Below, one piece after another: positions 57,244 to 64,000 of a DNA stretch of 64,000 bases. Each line of letters begins with the position of its first letter. Positions within the stretch are counted from its first letter, which is position 1. Source of the stretch: an uncultured Candidatus Saccharibacteria bacterium. Its GTDB lineage: Bacteria > Patescibacteriota > Minisyncoccia > Phycocordibacterales > UBA9973. Where the stretch lies: contig CAYYSI010000002.1 of the NCBI GenBank assembly GCA_964474435.1, positions 92,260-156,259 of the forward strand, written 5' to 3'. The notes beneath the pieces were generated by a model. The model saw only the letters and a program-made list of their open reading frames with translations. It was not told the origin of the DNA and searched no databases. The position numbers and the translations under genes are program-made.

Positions 57244-59949
57244 CTACTGATACCTCGCCATGATTTCAGCTTCCACTTCCTCTCTCGGGCGGCCGTATTT
57301 GAGGTAGGAGAGCTCCTTGAGTTTCTCGGCAACAACAGGGTTACCCTTGGGTGGGAATGGGGTCTTGGAGTTAAATGGCTTGGCAGGGACGCCGTTTACG
57401 AGCATTTTGATATAGCAGTTGAGGTTTTCTTGTTTGATGATGTCGGCCGGAGTGAATGTTGGGGCAAGTTGTTGTTCAAAGATATTGGCATTTTCAGGAG
57501 AGACACGGTGGACGACCATGGTACCGACGTTTCCAAATATCGCATTCTTGATGCCTTCCTCAAGCTGCTCGATGTACTGGTGCGCAACCGTAAGCGAGAG
57601 GCGATATTTGCGGGCCTCGGAAAGGATCGTCGAGATCGAGTCAGTCGTGACGTTTTGGAACTCGTCGATGTAGAGATAGAAGTCGTTCACTGGACCCTTG
57701 CCGATGATGTCGACACGAGAGAGTGCTGCCATGGTGATCTTGCCGACCAAAAGGAGACCGATGAGGTTGGAGTTGATGTCACCGAGACGGCCTTTGGAAA
57801 GGTTCACAAGCAAGATCTTTTTGTTATCCATGATGTCGCGGAAGTTGAGCACGGATTCTTGTTGAGCGACGACGGGGCGCATGATGTCGTTAGAAATAAA
57901 CACGTCAAATTTGTTGGTGATATAGGGGACGAAGTTCGCAAGTGCACTCTCACCAGTTGTCTTTTCAGCATTTTGCCAAAAGGCTTTGATGATCGGATTT
58001 TTGCAGCGGGCGAGTTTCATGTCGCGGAACGTCTTGTCGGTGAGGACACGACCGATTTCGAGAAGTGTAGAACCAGATGCTGGGTCCTCCATCACAAGGC
58101 CTGCAGAGTTGCGGAAGTATTGTTCAAACATTGGGCCACCCGCAGTCTTCATATCAAAGAGTTTGTTGAAAATAGAGAGGAGCTCGTTGATGACAAATAT
58201 TTTTTGTTCAGGGAAGTTTGCATCGTACTCAAGCATGTTGAGACCCATCGGACGCGCCGTGTGAGCCGGATCAAAATAGATGACGTCGTCGATGCGCTCT
58301 GGGGGGATGTTGGCAAGGATGTCCTCGATGTCGTTGCCGTGCGGATCGATGAAGCACACTCCGTCGCCGTTTTTGATATCCTGAATGATCATGTTTTTCA
58401 AAAACACGGTTTTACCAGTACCAGTCTGTCCGATCACATAGCAGTGGCGCACGCGATCTTCTTTTGCAAAATGAATCTCAGTCGTCTGTCCGCGATACGT
58501 GTTGGTACCGATCGTGATGCCGTTCGTGTTTGGCATTGTCGGTGCAGGCGCAGATGCAGCACTACTTTCCTTGAGCTCGGGCGCAGCCGTAAATCCAACA
58601 GGGAAGTGAAAGAGTGTTGCGAGCTCGTCGATGTTGAGCGGTATTTGTTCGCTCTGATTGCGTGTACGGAATGTAAAGTCGTGCACAAATGCAGGGATTG
58701 CAGATGCACGCGTGTCATACCAAATGAGTGAGTTTGAGTTGGGCAATGTGAACTGCGCAAACGATGCTTTGATCGTATTGAGAATACTTGTTGCGCGTTC
58801 GACCGTGGTACCTGTTGCGATAATGCGAATACCTGCAGTCATGGTCTGACTTTTTGCCTTTGCGGTTGCAAACTCGATGCCGCGCGTGTCGACTGGTTTT
58901 GGTTTGTCGTCCTCTGGTTTGTCTTTTTCAAAAAAGGCCATGAGTCCTTTGCCGAGCTCGCGACCGATAGAGGCCGTTGCATCTTTGTACAAGTCTTTGA
59001 CCGTTGTGCCACCCTTTTGTGCAGAGTCGATGATCGATGTGTAGAGCGTGTTGGTGTTCGTCGTGTCATTTGAAATGATGAGCTGGATTGCAGCGCCTTC
59101 ACCATTTGCTTCAAGTTGTGAGAGTGACCCGATCAAAGCTGAGAGAGGATCGTGCTCAAATGCGCTGTCAGTGTTCAATGGAAAAATTGCAGGCTCTTTG
59201 AGCGATGCAACACTTGCGGCAATACCAGAGCCTTGAGCCGTGAATATGTTGTAGTCATCGACGACTTCATCAATGATGGCGGTGGGGTAGTATGCGTGCA
59301 CGAGCTTTTCAAATGTAGATTCGTTGACACTTGGGATCGATGCATAGAGTCCAATGTCGCGACCGTTGTTTTGCACGGCGAGTTCGAGGACATAATAGTC
59401 GACACCGTTGCTGATGGTTGACCACATGCCCATGTAGAACTGCTTCATCGCCTGAATGAAATTTTTGAAATCACTGCCTTCAGTATTTGCAGCTGCAGGA
59501 AGGGTCACCGCAAAGAGGGTGTGGCGAAGTTCTTGTTGGAGGGCACTTCGTTCTTTGAGTCCCGGGATTGCGCCGATCGTATGGAGGTACTGCACGAGGA
59601 ATCGGTGGAAGTCGTCCTCGAGGTGTGCGTCGTGCATGCCCGCAACGATGTCGAGCGCATTTTTGATACCCTTGGAGAGCATGATCGCAAAGAGCTCCTC
59701 TATCTTTTGGTCATGGGTTTCAGGTTTGAGACGCAGCACGATACGTTCTGTTTCGTGTGTCGGCAGCATGCTTGATTCATGAAGGAACTCTTGAGCTTCA
59801 GTTTGCGCATACTGCTCGATCGTGTGCTTTGCGGCAGCTTCGAGATTTGCATGTGGCTTACTCTGCAGCAGATATTCTTTTTGCGCTTCAGTACCAAGCC
59901 ATGCGATTTCTTGGGCAGGTGTTGTCAGCGTTTCTTTGGGAGCGAACAT
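57244..59949 (-). CDS. VirD4/TraG/TraD-like type IV coupling ATPase with long N-terminal extension
   Basis: RHCYVIGQTGTGKT, FIDPHG, LYIDEFQN, LSEARKYRL, AHQY, IFGNVGT. Confidence 0.92.
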   Translation of the reverse strand: MFAPKETLTTPAQEIAWLGTEAQKEYLLQSKPHANLEAAAKHTIEQYAQTEAQEFLHESSMLPTHETERIVLRLKPETHDQKIEELFAIMLSKGIKNALDIVAGMHDAHLEDDFHRFLVQYLHTIGAIPGLKERSALQQELRHTLFAVTLPAAANTEGSDFKNFIQAMKQFYMGMWSTISNGVDYYVLELAVQNNGRDIGLYASIPSVNESTFEKLVHAYYPTAIIDEVVDDYNIFTAQGSGIAASVASLKEPAIFPLNTDSAFEHDPLSALIGSLSQLEANGEGAAIQLIISNDTTNTNTLYTSIIDSAQKGGTTVKDLYKDATASIGRELGKGLMAFFEKDKPEDDKPKPVDTRGIEFATAKAKSQTMTAGIRIIATGTTVERATSILNTIKASFAQFTLPNSNSLIWYDTRASAIPAFVHDFTFRTRNQSEQIPLNIDELATLFHFPVGFTAAPELKESSAASAPAPTMPNTNGITIGTNTYRGQTTEIHFAKEDRVRHCYVIGQTGTGKTVFLKNMIIQDIKNGDGVCFIDPHGNDIEDILANIPPERIDDVIYFDPAHTARPMGLNMLEYDANFPEQKIFVINELLSIFNKLFDMKTAGGPMFEQYFRNSAGLVMEDPASGSTLLEIGRVLTDKTFRDMKLARCKNPIIKAFWQNAEKTTGESALANFVPYITNKFDVFISNDIMRPVVAQQESVLNFRDIMDNKKILLVNLSKGRLGDINSNLIGLLLVGKITMAALSRVDIIGKGPVNDFYLYIDEFQNVTTDSISTILSEARKYRLSLTVAHQYIEQLEEGIKNAIFGNVGTMVVHRVSPENANIFEQQLAPTFTPADIIKQENLNCYIKMLVNGVPAKPFNSKTPFPPKGNPVVAEKLKELSYLKYGRPREEVEAEIMARYQ

Positions 59950-60043
59950 GACAGTAGTATACCTTGTTGCACAGTGTATTTCTATATAAAAACAAAAATA
60001 CCCCGAGTTAATCGGAGTATGTTTGCAAGTGGGAAGAGTGAAT

Positions 60044-60316
60044 TTATTTCACTGCATCCTTCAACGCCTTTGCGGCGCGGAATTTTGGAACGCGAGTTGC
60101 TGCAACCTTGACCTGTTCACCAGTCTTGGGGTTGCGAGCCATGCGAGCTGCGCGAGTTTTCACTGAGAAAATGCCCAAGCCAGCGATCGATACTTCGTCG
60201 CCCTTTTTGAGGGTATGGGTTATTTCTGAAATGAGTTTCTCGATTACTTCTTCGGCCTGTACCTTGGTACCGCCGATATGTCCGTGCACGAGCTCAACAA
60301 GTGCTGCTTTATTCAT
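60044..60316 (-). CDS. hup: HU-family DNA-binding protein
   Basis: MNKAALV, GLGIFSV, ARMARNPKTGE, PKFRAAKALKDAV. Confidence 0.96.
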   Translation of the reverse strand: MNKAALVELVHGHIGGTKVQAEEVIEKLISEITHTLKKGDEVSIAGLGIFSVKTRAARMARNPKTGEQVKVAATRVPKFRAAKALKDAVK

Positions 60317-60511
60317 AGTATTGATAGGGGAGACCCCTGGAATGACTACTCTAATAATTGTCAGTGCGCTTAAGCGAGGGTGCTTGAGCTTTGACCATTA
60401 TATACCAAGGGTTTTTGGGTGCAATAGACGGAAAATGTTGACTTTTGGTGTATAAGGTGCTATTATAAAAGCAGATTTCTGAACTCATTTGCACCAAATC
60501 CTCAATATAAT

Positions 60512-60658
60512 ATGAAAACGTTCATTGAAGAACATGCAGTTATGATCATGAGAGTATCAACAGTAGTTATTGTGACCCTCATTCCACTCGGAGTTTATCT
60601 TTATCTCAAAGGTAACAAGCTGAAAAAAGAATTTGAGTACAAAAAAGCCCCCTTATAA
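60512..60658 (+). CDS. Small single-TM protein (48 aa), not in the ORF track
   Basis: MKTFIEEHAVMIMRVSTVVIVTLIPLGVYLYLKGNKLKKEFEYKKAPL; TTGACT-N17-TATTAT promoter and terminator. Confidence 0.65.
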   Translation: MKTFIEEHAVMIMRVSTVVIVTLIPLGVYLYLKGNKLKKEFEYKKAPL

Positions 60659-60735
60659 CAGGGGGTATTTTTTATGTGTAGTCATTATATTGCAATACCT
60701 TGTTAGGTGCTTGTTTGTTTGGCATACTGGGGGAT

Positions 60736-61353
60736 ATGAAAGAATCAATACACGAAGACGGGATTAATGAGGAGTGGAGTACTGCATACGACGCACAGGA
60801 TCCCGAAAGCCCGACCTTTAGGGAGACAACTCGTGTATCAACTCAGCAAAATATTGAGGTGATTGAGGCGTATCTTTTGCAACACCCAGACCTTGATTCA
60901 AAAGAAAAAGCCTTTCTCGAAGCCTCTATTGCTCTGAAGCGCCAGAATCAGGAAAACAAAGCCAGAGACACAGTTGCCGCAGAGGGTATTCGAGAAGATA
61001 TCGCGAATGAGAATACAGTAGAAAAAGAAGTACTCGAAGTACCAAGCAATCCAGAAAAACTACGGAGGGATATTGCGGGACTACAGGAAGGTATGAAGCT
61101 ATTTGATATTGATCCGGAGACCCGGGTCCGCATAGATCATGCGAACTCAGATATGTGGAAGACAAAATACGCAACTACAGATAAAAGAACTGCAAAAGTC
61201 ACCATGCTGGGAATGTTCGGTCTTGGGAAAAATATACCGAGAATTGAGTTTTATCAAACACTTGGCTCAATTGCATCAGAAAATAAGATAGATCTTGGAG
61301 AAGGCAAATCTGTTGCCGAAGTCATTTCATTACTTGAACAAAAAGCAGCCTAG
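60736..61353 (+). CDS. Acidic helical orphan protein
   Basis: ATG 60736 after CATACT-N7; terminator AAAACCCTCC/GGAGGGTTTT. Confidence 0.75.
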   Translation: MKESIHEDGINEEWSTAYDAQDPESPTFRETTRVSTQQNIEVIEAYLLQHPDLDSKEKAFLEASIALKRQNQENKARDTVAAEGIREDIANENTVEKEVLEVPSNPEKLRRDIAGLQEGMKLFDIDPETRVRIDHANSDMWKTKYATTDKRTAKVTMLGMFGLGKNIPRIEFYQTLGSIASENKIDLGEGKSVAEVISLLEQKAA

Positions 61354-61396
61354 CAAAAAACCCTCCAATTAAGGAGGGTTTTGTTATACTTATATC

Positions 61397-62491
61397 ATGT
61401 CCAAATCCATAGAAGCGCTAGAGCAAAAAGAATCAATACTAAGCCCCGAAGGTGTAGTCGTAGATACAAAACCTTTGGAAAAAGCAGTTGTGTTAGAAGA
61501 CAAAGAAGTAGTTCGGGAACATATACATAACCTTGAAGATGAAATAGAAGAAATCCAAAATGCAGATGCAAAAATTGAGTATGCAAAGCGGTATGATATT
61601 CCCCCAGGCGCAATTGGGGGCGATGTTTCTATGGCAGGAGCTTCGATTGAAGAGCGGAAACAGCAAATACAGGAACTGAAACAGCAACTTCACTCTACGA
61701 AAAAACATTGGTGGCAGAAAGCTCCTATTGTGGTGGGAATGTTATTAACAGGATTGTTTGCTGCAAAAGATGCGAGTGGGCAAAATCAAGATAGGGTAGG
61801 TACTACAACTGAAACAGTACATGGTATTTCTAAAGAAAAAACAAATCACTATGATCCAAAGTATTACACTCCCGAATCACCCGACTATAATCCTCTAAAA
61901 GTTTTCCAAGATTTAAGCTTAGAATTTCACCCAGAGAGAGTAGATTCATTACATACGGGAATAGGCGGAGGCGACATGCATCCGCTATTGGTTGAAATGG
62001 AAAAGATTTTGGAGAGTACTATACCTGAGACTAGTTTATTTCCTCAGGATTACAAAGACTTTGAGTCATTTCGGGATAGTTTTATAAAGACGAGAAAGGA
62101 ACAATTTTCTAATCCAAAATTTATGGAGCGTTCATATCTTCATGATGCCTATCATGAAGGAAAGGCCATTTTCTATCGAAAACTATTGGCCCAGTATGAG
62201 AATGATTTTGCTGCGTTTAAGCGAGATAGGCCAAAAGAAGCTGGATATCGCTTCAGTGATTTTGATGCCGGCTTAGCGTACAATCGAACCGAGAATATTG
62301 AGTATGAAAGCGAAGAGGGTTTCAAGGAAGCTATAAATGCCTGGAGAGAATCCGCCCAGAGCGTCATGGATGAGTTATGGGAGCTTGAATATCAAAAAGA
62401 TCATCTAGAAGAAGAAGCACGGGCTCGTTGGGAGACATACGAAAAAGAAAGAAAACTCTCTCCAGAAGAAGAAAAAATGATGAGGATTTAA
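61397..62491 (+). CDS. Orphan with acidic leader and internal signal-peptide-like segment
   Basis: KKHWWQKAPIVVGMLLTGLFAAKDASG-Q near residues 102-129. Confidence 0.78.
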   Translation: MSKSIEALEQKESILSPEGVVVDTKPLEKAVVLEDKEVVREHIHNLEDEIEEIQNADAKIEYAKRYDIPPGAIGGDVSMAGASIEERKQQIQELKQQLHSTKKHWWQKAPIVVGMLLTGLFAAKDASGQNQDRVGTTTETVHGISKEKTNHYDPKYYTPESPDYNPLKVFQDLSLEFHPERVDSLHTGIGGGDMHPLLVEMEKILESTIPETSLFPQDYKDFESFRDSFIKTRKEQFSNPKFMERSYLHDAYHEGKAIFYRKLLAQYENDFAAFKRDRPKEAGYRFSDFDAGLAYNRTENIEYESEEGFKEAINAWRESAQSVMDELWELEYQKDHLEEEARARWETYEKERKLSPEEEKMMRI

Positions 62492-63958
62492 CTATCTCGC
62501 GTAATCCGTAATTCTCGTCTCGCGGATGATTGTCACTTTGATTTGTCCTGGGTAGCGGAGCTCGGTTTCGATCGAGAGTGCGATGGTGCGAGCCATATTT
62601 TTTGCTTCGAAGTCAGAGACGTTTTCTGGATGGACAAAGATACGGATCTCGCGTCCTGCTTGGAGTGCGTATGCCTTCTCGACGCCTTTGTATCGTGATG
62701 CGAGTCCCTCGAGGTCGTGCAAACGTTTGAGATATAGCTCTGCAGTATCGCGACGTGCTCCAGGGCGAGCACCACTGATCATGTCGGCAGTTTGAACGAT
62801 GACTGCTTCGATACTTTCGTGTGGACAGTCATCATGGTGGCTTTTCATAGCATCAATGATGCGTTGGTCGGTACCAAATCGCTGCATGACTTTGATGCCG
62901 ATCTCGACGTGCGTGCCTTCGAATTCATGATCCAAGGCCTTTCCAATGTCGTGCACAAGTGCGCCCGCTTTTGCGATGTACGTATCAGCCCCAATTTCAG
63001 ATGCGAGCATTTCGGCAATGTGTGCCATTTCGATCGAGTGCTGCAAGACATTTTGGCCATAGCTTGTGCGAAAATGAAGTCGACCAAGGATGGCAAGCAC
63101 CCTGGGGTCAAGGTTGTAGATGCCACACTCGTACGCAGCTTCGGCACCTTTTGCTTTGATGATCTCGTGAATTGCCGCACGAGATTTCTCGACTTCTTCT
63201 TCGATCTTTGCAGGTTGGATGCGACCGTCTTTGACGAGTGCCTCGAGTGCATGGACTGCAATCGCGCGACGCACTGGATCGAAGCATGACACGACGATTG
63301 CACCAGGTGTTTCATCGACGAGCACTTCTACCCCTGAGTACCGTTCGAATGCTCTGATGTTGCGACCTTCCTTTCCAATGATCTTTCCTTTTATTTCTTC
63401 GCTTTCGATTGGAATAGTCGATGTTGAGAGTTCGTTGGTTGTGGGCACTGCGAGTCGTTGGATCGTCGTCATCAGTATGTCTTTGGCACGGTCCTCGAGT
63501 GTTTCATGCATCTGTCGTTCGAGTTTGTGCATGCGCACGGTGAGGTCCTCTGCATACTGACGCTCACTTTCCTTTAGGAGTGCCTCACGCGCGTCTTCGA
63601 TACTAAAGCCTGCAATATCCTCAAGGAGTGCGTGTTGGTGCGCGCGCAATGCCTCTGATTCTTTTTGTTGTTCAAAAACGATCTCAGCTTTTTGTTCGAT
63701 GATGTTGGCACGACTGTCGAGCTCGAGCTGGCGTGCATCAAGGAGTGCTTCTTTTTTGACCAAGCGGCTTTCTACAGCTGAAGCTTTTTCATTTGCTTCA
63801 TCAATAATCTTTTGTGCGCTTTCCTTTGCATGCATCAACCGCTCCGAGATAGAAAACTCGAGGTTGTTTTTGCGAACAATAAATATGACTGCACGGATGC
63901 TATAGCCCAACAGTGCTCCACCCAGGAGCATCCCGCCGGCAAGCAATAGCTCATTCAT
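62492..63958 (-). CDS. rny: Ribonuclease Y
   Basis: N-terminal TM, coiled coil, KH (KGKIIGKEGRNIR), HD (HDIGKA), SGARPGAR, QAGREIR. Confidence 0.96.
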   Translation of the reverse strand: MNELLLAGGMLLGGALLGYSIRAVIFIVRKNNLEFSISERLMHAKESAQKIIDEANEKASAVESRLVKKEALLDARQLELDSRANIIEQKAEIVFEQQKESEALRAHQHALLEDIAGFSIEDAREALLKESERQYAEDLTVRMHKLERQMHETLEDRAKDILMTTIQRLAVPTTNELSTSTIPIESEEIKGKIIGKEGRNIRAFERYSGVEVLVDETPGAIVVSCFDPVRRAIAVHALEALVKDGRIQPAKIEEEVEKSRAAIHEIIKAKGAEAAYECGIYNLDPRVLAILGRLHFRTSYGQNVLQHSIEMAHIAEMLASEIGADTYIAKAGALVHDIGKALDHEFEGTHVEIGIKVMQRFGTDQRIIDAMKSHHDDCPHESIEAVIVQTADMISGARPGARRDTAELYLKRLHDLEGLASRYKGVEKAYALQAGREIRIFVHPENVSDFEAKNMARTIALSIETELRYPGQIKVTIIRETRITDYAR

Positions 63959-64000
63959 GTTACTTTGTCGTTACTGGTTTGGTAATAACTGCGTCAATGA

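Noticed and set aside
57073-58731. 552-aa plus-strand ORF
   Set aside because: Antisense shadow of the VirD4-like gene with no recognisable motifs. The same applies to 18515-19237 and 54844-55644 (antisense) and 31512-32228 (alternate frame within pcrA).
1-64000. Alternative genetic code (UGA=Gly, as in Gracilibacteria)
   Set aside because: Conserved genes are full length under code 11, and dnaA ends in TGA at the expected position.

Overview
Chromosomal window from a reduced-genome bacterium, most likely Patescibacteria/CPR (Parcubacteria-like; inferred from gene content and order; genetic code 11). It contains the replication-origin block (yidC-yidD-rnpA-rpmH / dnaA-oriC-dnaN-DciA-like). 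Housekeeping and repair genes include ruvBC, tyrS, PBP1A, rsmA, pcrA, comM, yraN, xerC/D, xth, cca, rpsO, HU and rny, plus four tRNAs. A ~15 kb minus-strand cluster next to oriC resembles a monoderm-type T4SS: VirB6-like, PrgI, TraC-N, VirB4-like, and a pilin fused to an L,D-transpeptidase. A VirD4-like coupling ATPase lies ~29 kb beyond that cluster, flanked by orphans with internal signal-peptide-like segments. A tandem pair of modular S74-chaperoned fibre proteins sits beside a Cys-repeat surface protein. Non-ORF signals: a -10 hexamer about 6 nt before most start codons (leaderless architecture), a palindromic element inserted in-frame in cca, long hairpins flanking the Xer gene, a candidate ~115-nt structured ncRNA, and several small ORFs missed by the ORF track. 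No CRISPR array, rRNA, transposase or prophage was seen. All family assignments are by eye from motifs; no database search was run.
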